Assembly: GCA_012295275.1 (NCBI GenBank)
Contig: CM022665.1
Span: forward strand, 36,146,001 to 36,210,000
DNA length: 64,000 bases
From: Chrysomallon squamiferum
Lineage: Eukaryota; Animalia; Mollusca
Direction: 5' to 3'
Made by a program: the position numbers and the translations under genes. The notes below the pieces were generated by a model. It did no database searches and was not told the origin of the DNA. It saw only the letters and a program-made list of their open reading frames with translations. Position 1 is the first letter of the stretch. Each line of letters begins with the position of its first letter. Below are positions 1-48,778 of the stretch, piece after piece.

Positions 1-119
1 AAAATCACATTTCATGTTTAATGAAAACTTTTTCACTTCGGACAAAATTTATCATTTGCAAATAGTAGTTTTCTGTTTGGTTTGTGTAGTAAATAATTAA
101 TACATTCTCTTGTACTGTA

Positions 120-444
120 TCAGTTTCGTAACAGATTCAGTTTCAATCACACCGCTGCCAACTGACACGGTCAAACGCGCGCTCTGAAGAAAAGAATTCT
201 GCCTCTAATCGACATTAAGTGAACGTCGGAAATTACAAACGTGATTGACCGGAACCGCGTATCCCTGTGAATCCCTTCCAGCTGTGAATACTGTTAATGA
301 CAAAGAAAAAATAATGAGAGATAACGTAGAGATTATTTCGCCCACATTCGGCACCTGTCCAAAGATTGTTACAGAATTGTAGATACTTCATAAGCTAGTA
401 GAAAAAGCGGACTGTATCTCTGTTGCTGAAGCACTGGTTTGGAC
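120..444 (+). other. Candidate non-coding first exon (5' UTR) of SYT12
   Basis: SYT12 coding exon 1 has an acceptor 8 nt before its ATG, so an upstream exon is likely. This block is CpG/GC-enriched, starts at two Inr-like TCAGTT motifs (120, 137) and ends at a donor ggac|gtatgt (444/445). No transcript evidence. Confidence 0.3.
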
Positions 445-445
445 G

Positions 446-495
<50 letters not shown>

Positions 496-1124
496 GACTA
501 CGGGAAGGCACATTATAAAATTTCTTGCAGCTAACTGATAAGAATAGCCCATGGAATAGCTTCAGCGATCTCCTCTTTAATACCACCTTTGAAGAAATAA
601 ATAACAATAATCACAGTTACTCAGAAACCACTGACTTGGAAACTTGAAATTCTCTTTAAATCATTTTCTCATGTCTGCTCTATTTCAACAAGTAAACTGT
701 CTTCTCAGGTCCAGTGGATCACTGGATCAATCATGGGGAATACATCGAGCATCTTTGTTGTTGTTGGGCTTTTTTGGTGGGGGTCTTTTTTTTCAGATAA
801 AACTCAGCAAAAAATGTGCAACTGTTGTAAAATACCATTCCTGAGAAGAAAGAAAGAATGAATATTCAACAACACCTAAACATTAATATTTTAATATTAA
901 CAGTAATAAATGCATAATAAATGATAAATGGCTGGAATTTCAAAATGACGTGGTGAGCACATTAAGTTGTTAAGTTAGAGTAATCCACTGACTGGCGACA
1001 TTTTAATATTATTTCTGGTTTCATTTTAACAAGAGACAGATAACTGGAGAGACAGACAGTCAGAGAGACTGATACGTACATGCATACATACAAACATACA
1101 CATATCATAAATACATATTTAAAT

Positions 1125-1162
<38 letters not shown>

Positions 1163-1386
1163 ATATAGACACACACAATTCTACACCATATTCCCACGAT
1201 AGCTCGAACAAACAGGACTCTGCTTTCACATCTAAACCGTAATTTTACTTCTTTCTTCTCTTTCTTTTTCCCTTAATCTACTTATCTAGCGCATCGTTCT
1301 AATAATAAAGCTAGTCACATCTGATTGTGAATATAACAGACTGGTTAGCTTCAGCCACACTCATCCTAATCCTTTGCGGATGACGA

Positions 1387-1400
1387 GCTTCCATGGCGAC
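1387..1400. promoter_or_regulatory. RFX X-box-like site
   Basis: GCTTCCATGGCGAC; reverse complement GTCGCCATGGAAGC is close to the X-box GTYNCCATGGNAAC. Confidence 0.35.
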
Positions 1401-1717
1401 TGGGAAGCTAAGCTCATAGGATTCAAAATCAATACCAGCACAAAACGTCAGACATCTCTGCTGCATTTATTACTAATAATTTCAGTGTTCAAGTATTCCT
1501 AGAAATACGTGTCTTATTTTAATTGGGTTGATGGTCACGAATATTTGCTTCTGTGTGTCTTTGTCTGTCTGCGTTTATATCTCTAAGGGTGCATCTGTAT
1601 TTGTATGTGTGTAAGAATGTGTATTTAAAAGTATGGGTTGTTGTTGTTGTGTGTTTATGTGTCTGTGCTGTGTTTGTAAATGACTATATGTTTACTTACA
1701 CACATTCCTTTAATTTT

Positions 1718-1725
1718 TGACGTCA
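1718..1725. promoter_or_regulatory. Full CRE palindrome
   Basis: TGACGTCA exact match. Confidence 0.3.
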
Positions 1726-3171
1726 TTAGTTTTATGAACTCTTCTTTCGCAATGCGGTAAATTTGTTCTAAGATAAATGACACTGTATGATTCGTAACTT
1801 CCATTACAATTATTCTGAATGCAAAAAAAAAATAGTTTCAGTTCCTTAATCAATAACCATTTTCCAAATTTTTTTTATAACTTAGCGATCTCTGTAATGG
1901 AATTTTACTTACATACCTTATTTTTTATATACACACATACAAACATACGTAAGTACATATAAATACACATACCTACGTAAATACTTTCAGACATACATAA
2001 CTACGTACACCCACGCACGGACATATATATTAATTAATACACTTTTTTTGTAGATATAACATGACGACTGGTGTTGTTGTTTAATTAATCAGTTTCTGAG
2101 TTACGCAGACTCCACAAACCGTAACAACTTTAACCTCGAACCTTTTCAGTGCATTTGACATGAATGTCCCCGAGAGTGGCTAATCTCATTAACGACCTGA
2201 GAATCGGATTAAAATTAGTTATTAAATTTGTAGCTCCGAATATATATATCGATTTTACGTCGAGGTGATGGTTAGCAACATTTACATATTTGTTAAAGCA
2301 AATCCTGACAGACAGCGCCCCTCTTACTCTTTTTCGTTGCTATTGTTTCATTTTAATGAAGCTCATTTCGAGTTGAATGTTACGTTCTCGAAGTATTTCA
2401 GTAATCCTGGAACCGCGTGCGATATTTCATTACGATAATCATTATATAAAGGATTAGCTGAAAAGCCAAGGTGTACATTAACTGTTGTAATGAGTTTGTT
2501 TTAGTTTAACAGCGCTGCACGTCAGCTTACAGAGTTTCTCTTTTCGCAATTAAAATAGGAATAACGACTGTGACGACAACTACGTCATGATGTACATAAA
2601 TTTACAGAACTAAAACCAGAAATATCACCATCATCATCATCATCATCATTATCATGGTTGAAATTAGAACAGTAATAAAAATCTTCATCACCTTTATTAT
2701 CGTAACCATCATCTTAGTACTGCCGATAGTGACTGTGATGATGACGATGATAGTAATAAATACTAATTATATTTATGATAATCATTGTTATCATTATCAT
2801 GATGGCAAAGGTGATGATGATTACGACCATGCGACGACGATGATCGTGATAATAATAATAATAATAAGAAGAAATGATAACCGCCTTTTAGGACTTGAAA
2901 AAGTACTTTTATGAGTTTTATTTAAATGTTTGCACATGGAACCAATAACCTAATTTATTTGATAATTCTAAATAGGAAATGTGTATCTTAAATAAAAAAA
3001 CAGTACTATAAAGAAATTGCTGTTGGTGACATTTCGTGTCTAATAATTACATTCTTGGTGTAATGGATTACACAAACAAATATCTGGTTATTGCGATTTT
3101 AGGAAACACTCCCTCAGACTTGTTCTTTGGTAGAAATTTAAGCGATCTGTTAATTTTGTGTTCCAGATTTT

Positions 3172-3175
<4 letters not shown>

Positions 3176-3250
<75 letters not shown>
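3176..3250. repeat. (CT)n microsatellite
   Basis: Perfect dinucleotide run. Confidence 0.95.
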
Positions 3251-3254
<4 letters not shown>

Positions 3255-3427
3255 ACCGGATTTGTTTGTGGTTCACTCTGATTGTTTTTCACTAATGTTT
3301 TTAAATTTTAATTTTTTTTTTTTTTTTTTTTTAATGATCTTCCTTTTCGTCTTTATCTTCTTTACATAAGGTACTCAATAGAAGTATTAAAATAAGTGCT
3401 TAAAGGGCACCATCTGCTCTTTTTCAC

Positions 3428-3435
3428 TGACGTCA
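3428..3435. promoter_or_regulatory. Full CRE palindrome
   Basis: TGACGTCA exact match. Confidence 0.3.
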
Positions 3436-4278
3436 TAAATTTGTTTCATTCTAATCATGCCCTAACCTCACTTTGAAATTTAGTGGTAGTATTTCTGTAA
3501 TTTACAAAGTGCACTGCTTCAGGAAGCACAGAGCATATTTAATTTCGCAGTTGTTCCTAAAAAGATAATGTTGAGGATACTTAATAATATATACTAACGA
3601 CTAATTTTCAACTATTTGTGGTAAGTGACAATAATAATCCATTTCTGACTTTTAACACACTCACACACACACACACACTCTCTCTCTCTTCTTTCTCTAT
3701 CTGCCTCTCTCTCTCACAAACACACACACAAACTCACATTCACACTTTCTCTCGCTCCATCCCTCTCTCTCTCTCTTTCTCTATCTCACTCTGTATGTGT
3801 GTGCATGTGTCTGTATCTTTAAAGACCACTATTTACTATACTTAATACAATTTTATTGTAAGTGCAAATGCTTTGAAAATTGATCTAAAACACATTTTAT
3901 TGGTTATATTCAATGTAGACATAAATCTAACATTTAAAATTCTAAATCTGTAACAAAACGTTACATTTATGTCAGATGCAGCAGTCAGATAAAAAATAGA
4001 TGCTTCATTAAACATTCATGAACTGAAAGAAACGGCTGGAAATGACAGAGTAAATGTGACAAGATTTAAATTTATTCTTTTCGTCTTAGTCTTAAAAAAA
4101 AGTATAAAAAAATAAAAAGATTACATATGTTTGGTTTCTTTTGGTGGTTTTTTTGTTGTTTTGTTTTATTTGTCAGACTTCATTCTGATACAGAAGCACA
4201 GAGGAAATCATTTCTAGGAGAGATTCTACGCAATTCCAAGAGTTGGGTTGCTATGCGCGCGATATCTGGGTTCTTGCT

Positions 4279-4316
<38 letters not shown>

Positions 4317-4761
4317 AACTTTTAGTCTAAACTGAACATGTTTTATTTCTGACGTTCTTCCTGCTTTTGAAATCCTGGTTCCGTCTCTGATCTTTATTTT
4401 GCGAGAATTCATTAACTGAAAACGTGGACATCATTAAAGCTTTGGCTCTGTCGTGTATCAGATTTCAGCATCTCCAGACAAAAATATTTATTCTGTTCAA
4501 GAAGATTGATGATTTTTGTTTTTGTTTCTCTCATTCTGAACTTTTTCTTTCTTTCTCATTCTGTTTTTAATTCTTGTCATTTTTGTGATTATTTTTAAAT
4601 AAGATTCAATATCAAATCGGCAACGCTGATGTTATTTGTCTCTGTATTGTTTCTTGGTTTTCTTTTTAGTTAATGTTGCAAAATAACTAAACTTTTTATT
4701 TAAGATTTAATTGACTGTCTCTTTTCCGAATGATGTTAAGGAGATTTTTTTTTTTTCAGTC

Positions 4762-4762
<1 letters not shown>

Positions 4763-4826
<64 letters not shown>
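4763..4826. repeat. (AAT)n microsatellite
   Basis: Perfect trinucleotide run. Confidence 0.95.
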
Positions 4827-4829
<3 letters not shown>

Positions 4830-5399
4830 CTTACTATGGTCTTTCTCGATTTATAAGCATTTTATGGATAAATAATATCCAGTAATAACAACAACAACAG
4901 CAATAATAATAATGAAGAAAGGAGAAGAAAAATAATTTTATTTTAACCTTTCCATTAAAAAACCGGAATAAGTACATGCTTGCGTGTGTGAGTCTGTATG
5001 TCTGTGCTGATGTATCATTTAATGCTGGTTTAAAAAGAAAAGCATTGTTTCAAGTATTTCGATTCAAAATAACAACTTCAGGCTATTGATGCAGGGAATT
5101 TTCGATATTTTTTTTTTCTCTAACTCTATTTCGAGTTCTGAGCTTAATAACAGGATTGAGGCAAAGAACAAAACAAAACAAAAAAAAAAAAAAAAACAAA
5201 AAAAAAAAAAAAAAAAAAAAAAAACGATATGCGTAGGTGGAGATGAAACAGATGCGAACACAGGTCTTTTTTGTAGAGGAATATCCATCTAATTAGTAGT
5301 AAAAAACAACATTATTGATAGTGATACTGTATTAAACATACCTTTGTGTAACTGAAGGTTTGGAGGAACAGATTTTTTGTTCTTTGAGGGTCGACTCTC

Positions 5400-5705
5400 T
5401 GACTAACTCGCTCACTTACCGACTGTTTAAGACGTATAAATTATAACACAGACTCACTGACTGTCTGGTTAGCCGATTGACAGATAAATTAAATGACTGA
5501 CTGACTGTCTGACTGATTGACTAGCGGGCAGTCTGACTGACTAATTGGTTAACTTACTGACTGACTGATTTACTGATAAATTAAACGACTAACTGATTGA
5601 TTAACTTATTGTCAGATAAATTAAATGACTAACTGACTGATATTTTGGTTGACTAATTTACTGAATATATGACGGACGCCCAAGTAAGTAATAAATAAAC
5701 TGACT
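5400..5705. repeat. Degenerate (ACTG)n satellite
   Basis: Recurrent ctgactgact/ctaact; cagataaattaaatgact occurs twice. Confidence 0.8.
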
Positions 5706-6254
5706 TTTCCTTTACTTTGATCACTCTTTATCCATTATTTACATATCTGAAAATAAATAAAGAAAGAAAGAAAGACTGAAAGAGATAAAGAAATTTAAAT
5801 AAAAAATAATCTTGAAGAAAAAACCATTCCAGTTTTTGACATTTATACAGAAACAGAATAAAATGAACTGACAATGTTTACGTCAATATTTCACAGGCAT
5901 AAATAAACAGAAAAAGAAAAAAAAATTATAATAATATATAAACATAATAATATATAAACATGTATAAAACACGGTACTCTGGTGAAAACGTATAATATGA
6001 AACTATAATCCTGACGAGATTAACACAAAGTCGAAATATCACCCATTCGCACGGTACGTTCTATCTGTATGTAAAATAGTAAATCAATATAAAATCTAAT
6101 TTCAAGTTATTCCACCGAGATATTGCAAACTCCCCAAAGCCACAAATAAGACAGCTAGACCAATGAAACTGGGTTAAAACTCGATAAATACAAATGAACA
6201 GCAATGTGGATTATAACCATTCACCGAGAAACGAGGGTTCTGTTACTGTTCATT

Positions 6255-7255
<1,001 letters not shown>

Positions 7256-7624
7256 GGAACTTGTAACAACAAAGCACATGACAATAACAATAATAATTAG
7301 GATATTAATAAAATAAAGAGTTAGTTCTAATAGCAGAAGCAATTGTAGTAGCTGTATAGCTGTACAAGTAATAGCAGCAGTAATAACAATGGCAGTAGTA
7401 GCAACAACTACCCTGAACTAAACATTTTGGAATTATTATACTATTTAATTTTCATAAAAATATTTTTCTTTTCTTTCATTCGTTAAACTTGATTGTGCAC
7501 CTGTCATTTCTAAACACGAAGCCGAACAAAATAAAAAGAACTCCGCTTGGTATCTATCTTTTGAAAAGAGTTAACAAAAAGACACTGACTGAAATATTTC
7601 CTGAATTTATTTCTAGGTACAGAA

Positions 7625-25284
<17,660 letters not shown>

Positions 25285-27543
25285 AATAAAGAAGTAGGGG
25301 GGAAAAAAAGAAAAAAAGAAGTGAATAATTCAAATGAATGAACGAAAATACAACAGTAATAAGTGATAAAACACATCATTAAGCTCATTTGAGACGTCGT
25401 TTATTGACAGGTTATGAATTTTGGTCATCAGCATTCTGTATAATAGGAGGCTTTAAGTTATAATCGTCAAATGTGAATAACTACAGACATAATGTTTTTT
25501 TTTTTTTTTTTTTTTTTTTTGTTTTTGCTGTTCTGTTACTACAACTATTACTAATACTCACTCAAGTAAATTATTCAGAAGATACTACTACTACTACTAC
25601 TAGTACTACCTTTACTACTAATACTACTTTACTACTCCTAATAATAATAATACCTACAATTCTACTTTCACTACTACTACTACTAATGTTATTACTATTA
25701 TTATTACTACAGCTATTTCTACTTGTGCTATTAATATTACTACAACTATTATAACCACTACCACTACAATAACTACTACTACTACGACATTTGGTATTAT
25801 CTGATATTTCTAACTTTTGTCACAAATACATCATCATTATACCTCATAACCCACCATTTATTTTAATTAGTTTAACTAATTAGATATAAATTTTACAAAT
25901 ACTATTAATACTAATACCTTCATTAGTTATCCCTTTTCAATTAGTATAACTGAAATTACTTATCACTATTACTACTATCACGACAATTACAGCTACGACC
26001 GTAATCATAACAATAATTGTTAGATATATATATATCATACATAGACATACATTTATACATATGCATTCGTAAACATAAACACATTCACTAATACATAGAT
26101 ACATATACACACATACATGAAGATATACACACGTATATACACGCATGCATGCACTCACGTACATACATAAAAACATACACACGCAAATACATACAGTTAT
26201 ACACAAACATGCATATATATAAACATACATGAACGCAGATATGTATACATGTAAGCATATATAATAAGATATTATTATAATATCTAGCAAGTTATTATTT
26301 TTGTGTCAAATTAATTGTTAATTTTGTTTATTTACTTGTTAATTTTAATTGTTTACTGTCTTTCAATATTTAATTGTTGAAGAAAAAAAAAGTTATCCAG
26401 TCAGATTATTATAATTATTACATAATTATGCTATGTAATATTTTCAATATGTTTCCTTATAGAGGATTTTTCTTTTTTTCATTATTTATATTATAGATTT
26501 ATTTGTTTTACCATTTTGTAAAATAATGCTAAATTGCAGTAAACATTACATATTCTTTTGATGTATACGAATATGATTATTACTAAAATGTGTTTTAATT
26601 TTATAAAGTCACTGTTCTAAATGAAATTTAATGTTTTTAACTGACAGTAGAGAATTACGAAAAGAACAGTTTATGTCAGTGGTAATTCTGGAATTAAACT
26701 ACTACTTTTAAATAAATAAATAAATGAAATGACATAAAATAAAATAAAATAAAATAAAATAAATAATTATAAACATTCCTGATTAATTTTTTGATATGTC
26801 GACACCATCACCATGAAAATTTATTTCTCCATTGCTCATACAAAATAACATATTTTTGTACATTGCTGTTGTTTTGAAATCCACGTTATGTTGTTAACAC
26901 GTTTAACTTTGTATGTGCTATAATACACGCGTTATTTGGTCAAAAGGGTACTATGTATCGAGAATCTAATTAGCGTACAACTGTTCTAAATTGTATTCTA
27001 AGAACTGATGTTCATATTACATGAAGAAAAATTTTAATAAAATTATTCAAAGTACTGAATTCAGTTATAAATGAACGTAACGTGACCTTTTTTTGAATTA
27101 TGCTAACACTTAATCATTTTACTGGAGTTGTGATTAATATTCTAGGCAGCGATGGCTATTTCAGAAACAAAGTGTGTTCGTATGAAGAAAACCCAATAAA
27201 CATTTGCCCATCCCTGCCTCTGTAACAAAACCAGGTCTCGATGAGCGAGCGACACCGGCTTGGAATTAGTATCACAATGTGTTTATCCTTGGTCGTCTAC
27301 AAAGAGAATTGTGTTGTTCTGGTATTTTCAGTGAGAACAGGCTAGTGTAAAACATTACCCTTTATTTGATGAAAGAAAGTTCCAATGTTTAGCTATAATA
27401 GTTTAGAATTACTGTACAAACATCAAAATGTTCAGCCAGAAGTATTTCTGGTTTGTTTATTTTATATGCACTATTCAAAATCATGAAGCTTATATCCACA
27501 ATTAATAAATAGCGAATAACATTTCACTGAGACGACGCAGTGC

Positions 27544-27740
27544 TTCGGAATCATGATCCAAAGATCCAAACTTGTCATCCGTGTATCTAATCAGAGTCGT
27601 GTTTACAATGCTGTACGTAACAATGATACCAGCGTCCTATCTCAGAATCAAGTTACAAAAATCCAAATTTGTCATTCAAATGTGACTAATTAGAGTCGTT
27701 TTTAGAAGTAGCTAATTATGATATCAACATCATATCTCAA
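27544..27740. repeat. Degenerate direct duplication, about 97 bp
   Basis: gaatca....caaa.atccaaa.ttgtcat...ctaat.agagtcgt.ttta occurs twice. Confidence 0.7.
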
Positions 27741-29051
27741 CCGCTATCAAAATGAAGATAAAAATTCCTGTTTCAGATCTAGCCATTTACCCTCATATTA
27801 CTTATATTCAAGATCATTCACAAATTACGCAAGTCTAAGAAAACTGGAGTCATAGAAGCAGCTATTGCGCTGGCGGTGTGCTCTTTTTAATTTTGTAAAT
27901 TTTTATTTGTGTATTGTTTGTGTGAAGTGAGTCAGTGCTAAGCATTGTTTTATGAAGCATCAAGTTGTGTGATATCTTTATTCGCAATTGCACCATGTGG
28001 TTCTGAAGATTATTACTAAATTGTTGTGATAAATAATATTAATAACTATGTTGTTTGGTTGTCACAATATATATCAAGATCACAATGTTTTATAAGCAGC
28101 TATGCTAGGGATATGTTCTGTTACTATTTATATTACTGTATCGAAACAGACGTAAACGAAAACCCATAGCTAATAACTAAACGGAATCCTTCAGAAAAAC
28201 AACAAATATATCACCAGTTTAGTTCAAACATGTCATTAACGATTTCTCTTATACCATTAGTTCAAGTCTCAAATTCTGTTAGTGGAATTAGTCAAAATAT
28301 ATTTATCTGTGTAAGTAATACCATTGTCATTATTTCCCAGCTTATCTCTGAATATGTTCTCAAATTTCCATTATTTTTTCCTCCAACTGTTTTGTAGTTT
28401 TTATTTTGTGTGTTTTTTAAATACATTCTTTAGATAAATATTCTTTAAATATTTCTTTCTTTCAGTGATGTTGTATAACATATTAAATTGAATATAAGCC
28501 ATAATAAATGAATAATAATGATGATATTAATAAACATTATAATAATATTAATGATAATAACAATAAAACTAATAAAAGTGATGATGATGATGATGACGAT
28601 GATAATGATAATAACCAGAACATGTTATACCACATTTCAATATACACAGTTGAATATATAAATACATGTATGTGTTCTTATTCTTCTTATAATTGTTAGA
28701 TTTTTCTTTAATTAATGGTTTTTAGTATGTAGTAAAGAATATCCCTAACATTTCTGCCGTTATTGTTATTTTTACATTTGGTTATATTGTGCATTATATG
28801 TTCAGTATGTGCATACTATTTTAAATACTGATAAAAAAACATTATTGTCTATATCAATATATAGACATTACATATTGTAAACATAATATGTTGATCGTAT
28901 ATTTAAAATATATTATATATAGATACAACTTACTCATTTTAACTTTTTATTAATTTTTATTTACTTATCTATTTGTTTATTTGTTATATTTATTTATTTA
29001 AAATGCTAATTTATTATTATTACTACTATTACTATTCTTTCATTATTAATA

Positions 29052-29082
<31 letters not shown>

Positions 29083-29084
29083 TA

Positions 29085-29130
<46 letters not shown>

Positions 29131-30253
29131 TTATTTATTTATTTTTAATTTTTTTAATTTTTAATTTATTTTATTTATTTATTTATTTTTTATTTTTTAT
29201 TTATTTATTTTTTGGACCAGAAAATTTAGAAGGATTTGCCCAAAAGTAGAAGACTAATTCTAAGGATTAAATCTGCTACTTTTGTTTATGTATATATATA
29301 CATATACGTGATTTCATGTTTGGATGACATACCGGCAAACAAGAATTATCTTTACATGTTATAAGTATTGTTTAATATTTCCTGCACTTGTCTGATCTGA
29401 AATAATGTTTAAATGGTCTATATTGATGTATATTAAAAATAAAATATTTAAGCTACTGAGCTGACTATAATTTGTTGTTTGTCTGAATTATTAAGACATA
29501 AGTAGCAAATACTTGGGAGTATGTAGGTCTGTACTGTTTTATTCACAGACAAAACAAATTTGTTTACACCGAACTGATCTTTATAGTTCATTGTTATTTA
29601 TTGCTTTTTCAATGTCACTTACAAGGAATCTTTGGTAAATATTAACGTGTTTAGCAGATCTGCTGTAACAAGAATTAAAAATTAAAGAAAAATATAATTT
29701 AAGACTTGCTCAAGGTAACAGAATAGTAACAATGCAGGTGTGTTAGAGAGTGCGGTTGTTTGCTGATTCTATAATTACAAATACATTATAACAGATACAA
29801 AATTCAACAAAATGGGTAATCATCGCCAAGTGCCACAAAAGACCAAGTGCTACATTAGCTCAGTAATATACAATTAAATGTCAAAAAAAAAAAAAGCTTG
29901 AGTTGTTTTAAATTTTTCTTTCTTTAACGATTCATCAGTCTAATGTATTCGTAGAAATAACAAAGTCAAGTTTCCATTCATCGTCTATTACATCACCAAA
30001 ATTGTATACCCCGAATTTAGGGGTACCGACATTTTCTACCTAATACTTAGAGAAATATTTACCAGGCTCGAGTACACTGGCAAGTAAATTAAAACTGAAG
30101 CGCAAACTCGTACCGTTAATTTGTTTTTTCTCATTTTTAACATGATTTTTATAGTGACCGTCAATGTAATTATTTCTCTTTTCAGAAATATATCGCGGGG
30201 AGTAACTCGCAATAACGTGCGCTGTTTATAAGGTTGCCGGACCTGCTTTTAAA

Positions 30254-30304
<51 letters not shown>

Positions 30305-31208
30305 TTTTAAATCTCTCTCCATCAACAAAATTCTAATTTCAAAATCCAATACCTTTCTTCTTTTTCCATATTTTATTTTTATTCTAAAGAATGTCAGTGT
30401 CAAATATTGACTACAACACAGTGCTTTCATATTTTCAGTGTTCGTTGTAATTAATCATCTTTCCTTATTCTTTCTTCTTCTAATTCTTCTTCTTCTTCTT
30501 CTTTTTCTTTTTTTCTTTTTTTATATTACATTTATTAATTTATATGACAGGATCGGGAACAAAACTTCTCAGTTCTGTGTGAGTATTATGAGTTAAAGAA
30601 ACTTTATTTTAGGAGCCGGATTGTAAAGCAGCCTCTGGAGACCAAAAAAACATATTCTATTGTTGTTGTTGCTGTTGTTGTTGATGTTGATATTGTTATT
30701 TCCAGATTCACTAAAATATTATTTATGTTTTGAACCCTCTATTGAATTTATTTATTATTAATCTTCGTCACATGGTGTGATAAATCTATAATAATTAATT
30801 TAAAAGTTGTTATTTTTGAATGAGATAAAAGAGTTTCCACTAGTCGCTGGCTCTGTGATCTCTTAGCCCGCCTGTTGTTTTTTTTATTGTTTTTTTGTTG
30901 TTGTGATTTTGGGGGTTTTTTTAAAGCGTAGAAATCACACGCTAAATTATCGAACAAATTTGGTGACAAATGTGGCTATCGGTTAAATTGTACAGTTTAA
31001 TGATTTCAAGCACTGATATGAAAGAATTAATGTGCAATAATTCTTAAACGAATTTTAAGGTTAATGAATAAACCATAATAATTCCACCGTGGCTGATTCT
31101 ATTTGACAAAGCAACAACAATTAAAACAAAAATAAAAAATAAAAATAAATAATAACAGAACAAGAACAAATGTAAAATAAGAAATAAAAAATTATAATAT
31201 GAATAATA

Positions 31209-31258
<50 letters not shown>

Positions 31259-31335
31259 CATAATAGTAACAAGATCAATAATAATGATGATAATACTAAT
31301 GATAATGACATTAATAATGAAAATAATGATGATGG

Positions 31336-31366
<31 letters not shown>

Positions 31367-31390
31367 AATAATAATAATAATGATAATTTG

Positions 31391-46275
<14,885 letters not shown>

Positions 46276-46304
46276 TTTCTTCTGTTAAGTTATTATTATT
46301 GTTG

Positions 46305-46605
46305 TTCGTAGTAGTAGTAGTAATAGAAACAGTAGTAGTGGCAGCAGCACTAGTACTAATGGAGGTGGAAGACGTAATAGTAGTAGTAGCAGCAATAGCA
46401 ATAGTAGTAGCAGTAGTTGCACTAATATCTGTAGTAGTAGTAGTAGAAGTAGCTGTAATAGCACTAGTAGTAGTGGCAGTGGTAGAAGTAGCAGTGCAAG
46501 AAGTCGCAGTAAAAACACATGTATTAGTGGTAGTGGTTGAAGTAATAGTAGTAGAGGTGGTAGTAGTAGTAGCACGAATCAGCAGTAGCGCTAGTAGTAA
46601 TAGTT
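46305..46605. repeat. Degenerate (TAG/CAG)n tract just upstream of the GABA-B-like ATG
   Basis: Cryptic gtagtagcag repeat. Confidence 0.85.
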
Positions 46606-47580
46606 CCGCGTTTATTCTTTTTCTTCCTCGTCTTCTCTCAAAGAACAGACACTAGGTGTAACCGCACAGTTAACTAACGTAATGAGTGAAAATAAACTTC
46701 GCCTTGAACGAGTCAGACGTTGACCACTGAAAATACTCTCAGATTAACGAGAGTCCCAGTTACGTGGAACCAGACTGACAATAACGTCATTGATGAAGTA
46801 AAAACACTACCTTCTCAGTTCTGTATTTGAAAGCTTTTAAAAGTAAAAATAAATAAATAAATAAACAAATCAGAATTCATATAAGTTAACAATAATGATT
46901 TAAGTTTAGAAGTTGCTAATATATCTTCCTTCGGATTCTTGAAAAGTCGTGAATTAATGTTACTGTAGAATTAGGATTTTATAAAACACTGCTGATGAAA
47001 GGAAATATTGTAAGTATAAATAAAATAAGTAAGATGATTGGCATTAAGAAACCACGCCTACAAAGTTTCGCTCGCTGTTTTCCTAGTCGATTTGTTTTTT
47101 TCTGTTTTACTCGGCAGTTAATGTAACAGGTGAATTAATTTCAGTATCACATTTACTTTGCTAACGAACCAAAAATACTTTTTTCTTCTTTTCTTTTTTT
47201 CTTTTTAATTATCAAGTTAGGAAAAGAAAAAATGTAACTTCATTACTGTTTGTTTCCTAATTTCAATTTATTAGAGAAGAACTGGAAATGAGATGAAAAC
47301 AATAACATACGTATTTGATTACACTGATCAAAATAAACAGAAATTACAGTTTCAAAAGAAACATTATAACTCTGAGAGTACGATCAAGTTATTTCAGACT
47401 GTCTTGAGACTAGTGGCTTTGCTGCGCTGAAAAAAAGAATATTTAAAAGTAAAAATGCTAAGGCCTTTATATTGATTGTATTGGTTCTAATCAAGTTTGT
47501 AATTAAAACAGAAAACTTGAATTTTATATAATTCTCTTCGGTTTTGTGTTACTTTTGATGTTTTCATTTTAAACTTAATT

Positions 47581-47619
<39 letters not shown>

Positions 47620-48687
47620 TTTTATTTTATTTTTAATATTATTATTATTATTTTTTATTACTATTGTCCTTTCTTCGTTTATAGTTTGTTCATTAAAAGA
47701 AGTCTTTGTTACTATTTCAATTGATCATTATGACTTTTTTACAGATTATCTCCTTTGTTTGCTTTTCTTATTTTTTTCCTCAATTTTCTTTTTATTATTT
47801 TTAATTTTTAACTCTTATTTTACTTATTTATTTATTTAATATGCTTCATCTATCTTGCCTTTATTATTACTGTTGTTGTTGTTGTTGTCGTTGTCGTTTT
47901 GGTTTTACAGGCTTTTATTATTATTATTATTATATTATATTCTTGTTATATTTTACTCTTTTCTTCTCTTTAGATTTTGTCTTGCTTCTTCATTTGTATT
48001 TTAGAGATTTCAGTATAAAAGTACGTTCTGTTTCACAGAACCAATTCAATGAAATTTTTTTTTTTTTTTTTTTTTTTTGTGGACGGTTATAATGAATCAC
48101 AGAAACAGAAAATACATGTTTTTAAAATAATCTTAAGGAAGAAGATGTAATGTTTACCACTTGCAATAACATTTTTATCAAGTCTAATGAATACTGCTTT
48201 GTGCATGAATAAAAATACTGAGAAAATGTGTCAAGAGTGAAAAGAAAAAAAAATTAAAACTTCATAACGTCAGGCACAAATGTAATAAAATAAAAAAACA
48301 TTTTTTGCTTTTGTTTTTGTTATTTCGTTCTTTTCTTTCTTTCTCTTTTTTTTTTTATCTCTCTCTCTCTCTCTATTTGGTATTATTTGTTTGTTTATTT
48401 TTAGAAATCAAATAAAGACGTATAATAAAACAAATAGTTTCATCGTAATTAATAAAGCTCGCTGTTAACAGGTGAAATCTATGGAGTTCAACACACACAC
48501 AATGACATATAAAATTAATTAGCTAATGTAATTAGCTTGCGACTGTGTTCTGATTCTAAGATGTCCTTGATACGTAATTTTAATTTTAATCGGATTTATT
48601 ACTTAAAGACGTAATTTAGTTTTCTAAGCAAACTATCTTTATAATTTCTCTTTTTTTATTCTTTTTTCTGTTTAGTTCTGTCATTCC

Positions 48688-48778
<91 letters not shown>

